From: Eutreptiella sp. 'Long Island Sound 2002'
Lineage: Eukaryota; Protista; Euglenida
Assembly (NCBI GenBank): GCA_964036045.1
Contig: OZ038379.1
Location: forward strand, 9,238,001-9,302,000
Direction of reading: 5' to 3'
DNA: 64,000 nt
The position numbers and the translations under genes were made by a program. Of this stretch, positions 10,800-20,993 are shown one piece after another. The notes under the pieces were generated by a model that made no database searches, was not told the DNA's origin, and saw only the letters and a list, made by a program, of their open reading frames with translations. The stretch's first letter is position 1, and each line of letters opens with the position of its first letter.

Positions 10800-12250
10800 T
10801 GAAGAAGTTGTGTGTGTCGCAACGATCGCGCCCGTGTAACACTGAATGTGACACGCACACAAAAGAACTGTGATTGGACAGCTATCAACGAGGAAGGGTT
10901 GGGCAACGTGCAATACATCGATGGATTCTACGGACCACATGCTGAGCTTCCAAGGAAGCTCTGCAAAGGCTTGGCTGCAGGTGTACATTCCTCAAGTCAC
11001 AAGGACATCAACGGAGTGGCCAAATGTACATATCAAGTGAGCATCAGCTCGTGAAGCAGTCGAGGTGTTCCACTATTTGCATGGACTCTCTGGCCCCCAC
11101 GCTACATCGAGTTTGACCATCGCACTGCACCGCACTGCACCACACCTGAACATCAAGGTGCACTTGTGCCAAAGGTCAAGGCAGTGCCGTGTGCAGTGCC
11201 AAGGCGTCATCCAGTGCAATCTGCAGGCCCCAGGCACCCGAAGTTAGATCAAGCCCTGAAGTTGCATTTCTGTACACAGGGTTCTGGTTGTGGAGGATTG
11301 TTGAGGGTTCCATGTGGGCGGTGCAGGGTTGTTGAGGCCGGTGAGCGCTTGAACCCCCAGACAACTTGCAAGCTCTGTCTTTCCCTTCGTAGCCCAATCT
11401 GCGCAGCCGTGCATCCGCCATTCCTCCCCCTTGTTTTCTGGAAGTTCAGGGCAGCGATGACATCAACGCTATTGAATGCTCCTCATGCACAGCACTGAGG
11501 TATTCCAAAAACAATTCAGGTGACGTTGTCACAGTAGCACAATCCAGGGGAAACAACTTCTTAGCATGAAGCAACGAAGCAGCAGCACACCTCAATTGTA
11601 TTGACAGTGGTCTCATGCCATACAACAACCATAACTAGCCATGTTCCGCTCCGCAAAAACTGAAGGATGAGAAAAATCTAGCCCCGTGGTTGATTGGCCG
11701 ATGGCCCCTCACTGGTGCCACGTGCTTTGAGGTCTGTCCTACTGCTCTCATTATGTGGCAGGCATGCCTGACATGCATCACATGTATGAAGGAAGTAGTA
11801 GTGCATATTGGATTGCGTGTTAGTCCAAGCAAATGAACTGAAGCACGCTTGTATTCTCCACTCGTGTGGTGCCAGGACCAAGGAACAAAGATGCCGTTGG
11901 GCCATGTAACATGGTCAACGGTGCATTCTGATTGTGTGAGACCAGCATCTCCGGAAGGTGTAAAATATTCACACACATTTAGATTCATGGGATCAAAGCT
12001 GATGGAATTCCCAAAAAAATGTTTTGAGCGAGCAGGTAGCGTGTGAATGACACCTGCATGAGCAGTGGCCTACTGCATGAGCAGTGGCCTACTGCCTCAT
12101 GCAAGAGACTGCTGCCCACTTTTGCCTTGCAAGGCTCCTGCAGAAGCATGGCCCTAAATGCAAGGACAGTGATTGTAGTGGACGTCCTTCTAGCCTCATA
12201 CTTATTCCCTGGGAACACAATGGGTAGGTTGCTGAAGGCTCACTGAGTAG
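10800..12250 (+). pseudogene. Possible heavily decayed LINE ORF2 remnant
   Basis: Weak motifs only: RVTLNV and FYGP (APE-like), GLRVSPSK* (GL.vn..K-like, 11810-11836), FRFMGS (F.YLG-like), LNARTVIVVDVLLASY (post-RT). No recognisable YADD. Confidence 0.3.
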
Positions 12251-12605
12251 TGTGAAAGGCAGAGGGCAGCCTTTGATGCTGCTTCTCAGCGAACTAGAGT
12301 GGCCCAATCTCGTGCCTTTGAGCGAAGAAGTGCCCGTGATCGGAGCATAGCTGCCTATTGCATCGCACCCGCACCATTATGAGTATGGCCCGCACAGGGC
12401 ACGTGTGCCCTCGCTGGTTGAACCCGACGACACAATATGTGAAATGGTCCTGTTTTTGTCTTTGGAACTCTTTGTGCCCTGTGAGACATGCCGTTGTGGC
12501 TGCGTCTGCAGCAGATGATGTGGGCTTCTGTAGTTACTGCAGTGAGTGTTGTGCTGAGCAAACAACACATAATATGCGTGCAATAGGCACGACATCAGGG
12601 CATAT

Positions 12606-13583
12606 GGGGGCGCCTCAAGCGCAGTGCGCGCGCAGTGCAACTATTTGGGCGCCTGGCCGTACTAGAGACCCATACTTTGAGATACTAGGGGCCCCTAGAG
12701 GCATCATGGTGACCCGTAGCGGAGGTTTTGAGTTCTGATTTTGTCCCCCTTTGTTGGGGACCCCCGAGAATACAAAGTTACGGTTGCCATTGACCGCTTG
12801 GGCAACATCGTTTGGATTTGTCCGTTGGCCCCGGGGACATCGGCGGATGTTCTCATTTGGGATTGCGAGGGAAGGGACATTGAAGGGACATTATATGGAT
12901 TATGAGATTGGCTCCATGGATGGTGCATACAAGGGGCGCCTCCATGTGGCACTAGGGCATCGTGAGGAACATATGGAGGGGATCCGGTACGGAGTTGCAT
13001 GAGTACGTGCGTGTACTCTTGCATTTGCAGCAATTTTTGATTCGAAGACAGGTACGGTACCCTCCATATGGTCCGTGGGAACACGTACCTGCACATGTAT
13101 GGACTGCACCAACACAGGAGGACAATGATGATGAGGATGTTGTGGGTGATGATGGGGATGTTTGTGCCCTTTGTTGCACCAAGTCTGACCCTGAGAAGAT
13201 GTCCATGTGTGACAAGTGTGAACTGCAATATTGTACATATTGCATTGACACACACACATGTGACAATGTGACTTTTCTTTGATTCTGCAACTGTGTCATG
13301 TTGTGCACACAAGTTGCGTATTCTCAATGTGTACTTAGTTGACAATGGAACAGAGAGACAGTTGTGTGTTCTTGAGGGTGGCGACCAATGCGCTGTTCAT
13401 GGCTTTTCCAGTTGTGCATGATGTGTGTTATGTGAAGGGAAGGTAGTTTGCAACTTTCTTGAGCTGGGGCAGTTTGGGTCACCTAATTCTAAGGGCGTTT
13501 CCAAGGGGTGTGCTTGGGGGCTCTTCGGGGGGAACATAGTCTAAAAATAGCGCGCAGTGCGCGCGTAGTGCAAAGACTCCCCC
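12606..13583 (+). mobile_element. PIF/Harbinger-like deletion derivative (978 bp), TAT TSD, carrying the transposase C-terminus
   Basis: TAT|GGGGG...CCCCC|TAT. Internal PLAPGTSADVLIWD, DYEIGSMDGAYKGRLHV, RNIWRGSG...YPPYGPW and the Cys-rich tail CALCC...CDKCELQYCTYCIDTHTC. Confidence 0.9.
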
Positions 13584-13831
13584 TATGCGAAGAGCCAGGG
13601 AGGGGCACTTGAAACGTGCCTTGAAACAAACGTCAGCAGGTTGTACCTCTTATCAGTGGTTGGGACCAACATTGAAAAAGGTGCGACCCCAGAGTACAAA
13701 TGCCTGTGCATGGGCTTACACCCTCCCATCCCAGACCACGAACCCCATTGCCCATCTTTCTGCATGTCGTTGGTGCTGGTTTTGTGAGACATACAGTGGG
13801 AATCCTGATGCGGAGGGGGCGAAATGTCGTA

Positions 13832-14067
13832 CCCCCCTCCCCTTGTTGTTCCCTGGGGGGGGGGGGTCACTTGGTCAACCCAAAATTTTTCGTTACGGCT
13901 CATTGTGTTGTTGTGTGGGTGACTGTGTTGTGGGGCACTGCCACTTGTATCCCTTGCACTCATGGCAGGATCAATGTGCGTGTACGGTGGTGGTGCGGTC
14001 CCCCAGGGGGGGGGGGGGGGGGTGGGGGACCGTCTTCCCTGGGGTGGGGAACGACAAGGGGGGGGGG
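13832..14067. mobile_element. Small inverted-repeat element (MITE-like), TA flanks
   Basis: CCCCCCTCCCCTTGTTGTTCCC at the left is complementary to GGGAACGACAAGGGGGGGGGG at the right; TA lies on both outer sides. Confidence 0.45.
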
Positions 14068-14729
14068 GTACTACGAGGCCCTCTATGTTACAATACAACC
14101 CAAAACTATCTAAAATGGCAGAAACTATCCAGCGCAGAACACCACGCGGGCCACAAACAATAAGATGGCAACAGGTTGGGGAGATGCCAATCACAGCCAA
14201 GAACAAGCCCATCAACAGGGGAGGGCAGGCAACAAAAGTTGCACATGGAAATGGGACAAACTCATGTGAATGCAAGTGAAAATCTGCATTTTTGCGAATG
14301 TAAATTGGTGAAATTCACCTGAACATGCTGAATATGGAGAACATTAGTCGCATCCCAATTTCCCAATTTGTATCCGAAATTACGAAGTTTTTCGAGGTTC
14401 TCTTCAGTCAAAGCTGCCAACTAGCTAGTAATAGTTGTCTTTTTTTTTTTTACTACAACTAAAGTTAGCCCATTAGCTTTAGTTTGCCTAAGCGGTAACA
14501 TGCCACAGTTGTTGTGGGGAATGCTGCGGAACCAGTACCTGAGGGTACAAGGACGGAACACCGGTGAGCGACCCCAGTTTTCTCTGTACGTAGACGGAAG
14601 ATTTTGCATGCTTCATGTGATTGTTTTGTTTGCCAACCATGGGCCTGGAACATGTTCCTTTGACTACCTGACTCACTTGGAGGACTGGTCTGAACCAACG
14701 GGGGGCAACCACTTCGAATCCAGACCGCC

Positions 14730-15365
14730 AACTGGCCGGAACTGATTTTTTCAACATGTGCGCGCAGTGTGATGCGCAAAAAAGCTTCCTTTTTCACCGG
14801 GAGCAAATTTGGGTGGTTTCGGCTGGCTTAGAAATGGAAGAAAAGGTATATCTGAAATTATGGGTCAAGCCGGGATATGCCCCACAATCTGCCCAAATAG
14901 TGCCAAAATGGCACTTGGCTAGCCAACTGGCCAGAACTCATTTTTTTCAACATGCGCGCGCAACACGGCACGCAAAAAAGTTTCTGTTTTCGCCGGGAGT
15001 GAATTTGTGTGGATTCGGCTTGGAAATGGAGGAAAAAGTGCATTTGGAATTATGGGTCTAGCCGGGGTCTTCCCCCACGATATACCCAAATGCTGCCAAA
15101 ATGGCACCTGGCTGGCTAGAACTTTTTTATTTCAACACGCCTGCATGGCGCGACGCGCAAACAAGTCGACGTTTTCGCATGGAGGGAATTTGTGTGGATT
15201 CGGCTTGCTTAGAAATGGAGGAAAAAGTGTATTTGAAATTATGGGTCAAGCCGGGGTGTTCCCCGCGATATACCCAAATAGTGCCAAAATGGCATTTGGC
15301 TGGCCAACTGGCCAAAACTGATCTTTTTCAACACGCGCACACAACGTGATGTGCAAAAAGGTTTC
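14730..15365. repeat. Tandem array, about 3.3 copies of a ~190-bp unit
   Basis: TTTTCAACA...GGAAATGGAGGAAAAAG...ATTATGGGTCAAGCCGGG...GCCAAAATGGCA recurs at about 14748, 14943, 15130 and 15324. Confidence 0.85.
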
Positions 15366-15619
15366 TATGTTACGTTCGGATTGTTCGGATAATTTGCATT
15401 TGTGCAATATGGCACATGTTTGCACACTCTTGAATGCAGTGGTGGGTGAGATTCGGTGGGATGAAAGATTTTTGCCCCACAATGATAATCACTATTTCAA
15501 CACCCACTTCAACGATAACATGCCCATATGCTCAATCGGTGAGTCTTTGTCGGATGTGCTGTTCAATCCCAAGTACGTAGGCCATGTTTATAAGATAGAA
15601 TACAGTATGGATATCCGAT

Positions 15620-15990
15620 CTTAGGCCGGGAACATCGGCGGATGTTGCGATTTGGGATCAGTGTTGTCTTCGCGAACACCCAGTCAATTGTTTGATTATG
15701 AAGTAGGTAATCACGATGGCGCTTACAAGGGCCGCTTGTACAGTGCTTGTACAGTGCTGCTTTGTATCGTGCAAAGGGTGGTGGACCTCTTTGCTTGTTT
15801 GTGGCACTGGAGGATTATTCAAAATGTGTGGATAGGCTCTGCTGAGCAGTTGCATAGTCATGTGCACATTTTGCCTCATCTTACTCAATTTCGTGTCCGC
15901 AAGCAGACCAAGTATCAACCCTATGGACCTTAGCTTCATGTGCCCGAGTCTGTGTGGGCATAGGACGAGGCTACCAAGGAAGAGGAAGAA
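15620..15990 (+). pseudogene. Harbinger-like transposase fragment (diverged subfamily)
   Basis: RPGTSADVAIWD, FDYEVGNHDGAYKGRLY, DLFACLWHW.IIQNVW.GS, RKQTKYQPYGP. Confidence 0.8.
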
Positions 15991-16525
15991 AATGACAATG
16001 GTGTTCATTGCCCAAAAGTGGTCATAGGGGCTGTAGCATCACAAATGGGCAGCAGGGCACATTGTGCATTCGAAAAAATGAGTGTGGCTATGTTTATTAC
16101 CTTTTGGTGCTAGGTAGTAATGTCTTGTACATGAGAGGTGACACAAGGGAGTGTCTGCCTGCCACTATTTTGGGCCTCTCATCCTTCCCGGAGTGCGTCG
16201 CGAGTGCTCAGGCCATGCGTAGCTTTACCACAATTGCCCCGTGGAGCGTCTTGCCTTCCCCATTGTCCACGCGCAGTCTCCCGCTTCCCAACGTGTGCAT
16301 CCCCACTGCTTGGTAGACCCATCGGGTCTGTAGCAGTTGCAGCCGACGTTGAGGAATGCCCTAAGAGCCTCGACAATTCTCTCGGGATGAGGCCCTTGGA
16401 GTGGAGTGGACCATTGTTGCATGCTAACCCCTTAGGCCACCGCATCCCTGCCTGAAAAGGTTGTGTAGTACACCGGTAAGTGACACATCTACCTCAGGGC
16501 ATGGCGCGACTGAGGCACCCTCATT

Positions 16526-19500
16526 CTTAGGCGGCTCTATACGCACGTAGACTTCGTTGCTAAAAGGCACAATTGATGGCGATTTCAACATCCGTTTTTT
16601 GCACCCAAAAAAAGCATATCATTTTTTCGGCCAACCCCACGTGGATTTTCATCGTGGGATACAACAACCTCGCCTTTTGTTGCTCTTAGAGCTGCACATA
16701 TACACCCCCGCTTCAGGGCTTGGAATCTTAGCATTTGAAATTTTTGGGCACTGCAGTGCCCAAACCTTCTGGTTGTACTTTTTAGGGGGGTCATTGAAAG
16801 GGTGTGTCTAGTTGTCTCTATAGGTGAATCCACATTGCACAAAGTTACTCCACGCTTGCCCCCCTCTTGTCAATCGGGTCGTAACGTGTTGTTGTTGTTC
16901 TCATAGGCGCTTGTACGATGTATTGAAACGGAACTCTCACATTCATGTACCCAGTATGGGCTAAAATTTGACTTTCACTACTTTTGAGCACTGCAGTGCC
17001 CAAGTTTTTAAAAAGTTGGCAAATTTACCCGCTTCAATTCATTGTGGTGCATAGGTTCCTCGAAGGGCAAGAAAGGCCAACACCTGTGCTTGCGTTGCGT
17101 TGGGTGGCATTCATGGTACCAAATATTTTTTGGCTACGGAGAGACAGACAAACCGACAGGCAAGCAGACAAACAGACAGATAGACACAGAGAGGCATACA
17201 GACAGTCCGACAGACACCCTGAGAGACGGACAGACAGGTAGACAGATGGACACATAGACAGACGGACAGACCGACAGGCAAACAAACAAACAGACAAACA
17301 AATAGACACACAGACAGACAACGGACGGACAAATGGACGGACGGAGGGATAGACAGAGAGACACATAGATAGACACACGGAAGACAAATAGACATACGAA
17401 ACAAGACAGACGAACGGATGGACAGGCGGACGGACGGAGAGATAGACACACTATCTGTCCTCCTGCTACCACAATGCTGCTCCATCATGCATGTACAGAA
17501 CCTTGCAAAAAACATTGACAGCGTTCCGCCCAGATGATCATGCAAATGGGCTTTGGGTTCATTTGGGCACTGCAGTTCCCAAAATTTAGGAAATCAATAT
17601 TTTGAGGTCTCTAATGTCTTGTCCAGTGCATGCCTCATAGTCCGATCCCCTATGGCAAGCATTACCGGATCTCGCCACAATTCATGCTAGGTATGTGCAA
17701 TGTAATCGTCCACATGATCAAATACCCCCCTCTATTCTTCTTCCCCATTCGACGGTGATGAAGTACACCCCGTATAAGTGTTGTGCTAGATCTTCAACAC
17801 TTTGGCACCAATATTCTAGTAGGGGCATTGTCGGTCGATGCAATTTGGTCGTCTGTGTGTAGTATAATGGTTGACATGATGAATGCCACCCCTCTCTAGA
17901 GCACGACCGTGCGCGGTGATGAAGCAGACCTCTATACAATTGTTGTGCCACTGGTCCAACACTTTCACACACGTTTTTTACCAGGGGCATTGAAGGTAGA
18001 GACAAACTTGGTTGTCTGTGCGGAGTCTTGCACCATCTACAGCCATTTTAGAAATAACAACCACAAATTGTGATGAAACACTCGAAAACACGATTGACTC
18101 CGTGTTGGAAGACACCCTATAGACGACCGAATCCGCATCCACCTTCAAGGCCCCTAGTAAAAAATGCGTGTGAAAGTGTTGGACCAATGGCATAACACTT
18201 GTGCAGGAGTGTACCTCAGCACCGCGCAACGGTGGTGCACTGGAGAGTGGGGGTGTTCATCATATCAACCATTACACTACACACGGACAACCAAACTCCA
18301 TCAACCAACAATGCCCCTACTAGAATAAGTGTGCCAAAGTTTTGAAGATCAAGGCAACACCTATACGGGGTGTATTTCATCAACATGGAATGGCGCAGTA
18401 GTTTAGAGGGGGGGGTTTGATCACGTGGATGATTACATTGCACATATCGTGCACAACTGATGGCAAGACCCGATAATGGTTGCTACAGGGGGTGAGACTT
18501 TGAGGCAAGCACCCGACATAGTACATTAGAGACCTCAAAATGTTGGTTTGTAATATTTTGGGAACTGCAGCTCCCAAATGAACTCAAAACCCATTTGCAT
18601 GATATAATCTGGGCGGAAGGAGGTCAATATTCTGTGCGCAACGTTGTGCAGATGCATGAGGGAGCAACCGTGTGGTAGTAGGAGGACAACCATTGTACCT
18701 GTCTCTCCGTCTGTCCATGTGTCCGTCCGTCCGTCTGTCTTGTCTTGTCTGACGGTTTGTCTTCTGTGTTTCTCTCTTTGTGTCTCTCTGTCCCACAGTC
18801 CGTCCGTCCAGTCGTCCGTCCGTCTGTCTGTTGTCTGCCTGTATGTCTGTCTATTTGTCTGTCTGTTTGTTTGCCTGTCGGTCTGTCCGTCCGTGTATGT
18901 GTCTATCTGTTCGTCCGTTTGTCGGGGTGTCCCTCGGACTGTCTCTCTGTCTATCTGTCTGTTTCTCTGCTTGCGTGTCGGTTTGTCTGTCTCTCCGTAG
19001 CCAAAAAATATTTGGTACCATGAATGCCACCCAACGCAACGCAAGCACAAGCGTTGGCCTTTCTTGCCCTTCGAGGAACCTATGCACCACAATGAATTGA
19101 AGCGGGTAAATTTGCCAACTTTTTAAAAATTTTGGGCACTGCAGTGCTCAAAAGTAGTGAAAGTCAAATTTTAGCCCATACGGGGTACATGAACGTGAGA
19201 GTTCCGTTTCAATACATCGTACAAGCGCCTATGAGAACAACAACAACACATTACGACCCATTTCACAATAGGGTCGCAAGCTTGGTGTAACCTTCTGCTT
19301 TGTTTTGGGCGCGGACTGCACACTGCCATGTGTCTTGTGTCACACAGGTGTGAGACTGGTGCCCTTTTTCATGTTTTCGTAATTTTGGGCGCTGCAGTGC
19401 CCAAATTCATCCACTCGCCTTTTTTCTACCCCTCTTGCGCCATTTCTTTTGCAGGCATTGTTGCCCTCATTTATTATTGCATTGGCTGCACTGGCGGCGC

Positions 19501-19938
19501 CTCCATTGCTTGTTGGCTGCACTGGTGGTGCATTGTTTGTCACGCTTCGCATACAATCACAGTGACTGGGTCAGCAGACGCGGTAACAAAAAGCAAACCA
19601 GATTTTTGCATGTGTTCGCCTGTCGTCCTCCTTGCTTCATTTTTTAGGTTGCATTTTACGGTGTGGTTTGAAATGCAGCAGCGGATGATTTGGAAGAATT
19701 GGATTTTTCTTTGGATGGACACTGCAGTGCCCAAATTTGAAGGGGATACATGACTTTTGACTGGCACATGTTGTACCCCCTACACACAGTCATTTTTGAT
19801 AATTCACAGGTTTTTGGGGGTGTTCCCTGCAAAGCACAATTGTGCAATTTTTCAAAGTGGTTTTTCAGCCCCCGTTTTGGGGTGGTACCCATTTGGGAAC
19901 TGTGGCAATTTTGCTACGTGCGTATAGAGCCGCCTAAG
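16526..19938. mobile_element. Foldback-type non-coding element, 3413 bp, perfect 25-bp TIRs, TCATT flanking duplication, giant internal inverted repeat
   Basis: CTTAGGCGGCTCTATACGCACGTAG at 16526-16550 and its exact reverse complement at 19914-19938; TCATT at 16521-16525 and 19939-19943. Internal arms of about 16835-18000 and 18135-19300 are inverted copies. Confidence 0.85.
17135..17450 (+). repeat. Degenerate (GACA/GACG)n microsatellite, mirrored as (TGTC)n at about 18700-19000
   Basis: Direct reading; it forms part of the two foldback arms. Confidence 0.9.
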
Positions 19939-20954
19939 TCATTTACCCCCCATCACACATGTGCAATAATCACCGTGTCCGCTTTCTGGTCAGCCACTGT
20001 TGCCAACTCCCCCCCCCCCCCCCCCCCTCAAACAGGAGGGGGATGAGCTGACCCAAGCCAGCCTAAGAAACATTGATAGCCCGCAGGGGAACTCCCTGTT
20101 ATCCATGAAATGTGACGGTCCCCTCAACCCACCAGCTGGACGAGTGGGGGGGGGGGATGACGGGGGAGGGATAAAGGTTGAGTAAAGAGCGGGGGGGGGG
20201 GGGCGTAACTAGGATGAAATGCATGCTGCCAAATAACGCCCGCTCCCGTGTGCAACGTTTGGGGGCCATGAAGCAACAGATACTTAGCTACTGAACGCCC
20301 CCGTGTCACAGGCAACTGGTCACAGCTCATCAGTGTTCTACTGCCTTGCAGCACTTCCAAACCAAGGGCAAACCTCCAAGTAGACATATTGCGCCTTCAT
20401 GCTGCTTGTGCCTCACTTTCCATGCATAACGGGGACGGTCCTGTACCCCTGGGGGTGCGGTGACCGTAAGGCAACCTTTCCCACGGGGAGGGGGATACCG
20501 CTGCCCCACCGTGTCACACCTCATCGGTGGCTGTCCACCTTCCATCCGTCTTTCTTTTTGACAGAAGGGCGGCTATGGTCTTTTAATGGCCGCTGACAGG
20601 CCCTGAACAGCTTTCCCATCTGGAGCGTAGCACCCGGGAATGTCTCCACCACACCCGCAGCTTGGCAGCAAGGCGCTCGTCTTCTCCCTGGAGGGTGGGG
20701 GGTGGGGGGCAACCCGTGCCCTGACACTGAGGGGGAAACACCAGCACCCTCACTCAGAGGGGTTACTGAGGCTTTTCTACGTCAATGTGCAGCGTCTCCC
20801 TGGGGGGGGGGGGGGCTACCCGTGCCCTCACACTGAGGGGGGACTACAAGGATGCGACGAGCGTAGACTTTCTTTGCTGGAATTGTTCTCTATTTTTTTG
20901 TTGGAATTTCGCGCTGTTCAAATCTCATGTATTCCCTTGAAAGCATGATTTCCC

Positions 20955-20973
20955 CCTGCCTCTTTTGCGTCAG
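20955..20973 (+). promoter_or_regulatory. Putative trans-splice / 3' acceptor upstream of DRE-TIM copy A
   Basis: Pyrimidine tract CCTGCCTCTTTTGCGTCAG ends 20 nt before the ATG. The copy B 5'UTR shares only the sequence downstream of its equivalent AG. Confidence 0.45.
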
Positions 20974-20993
20974 CACTTTCATTTGAACTCATC

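Noticed and set aside
17034-19100. Many 90-185 aa ORFs (VCLS/DRQT-rich)
   Set aside because: Translations of a GACA/TGTC microsatellite.
16743-19735. CRISPR-like array of palindromic repeats
   Set aside because: Spacing is irregular (240-1000 bp), the repeats lie in a foldback element, there are no cas genes and the context is eukaryotic.
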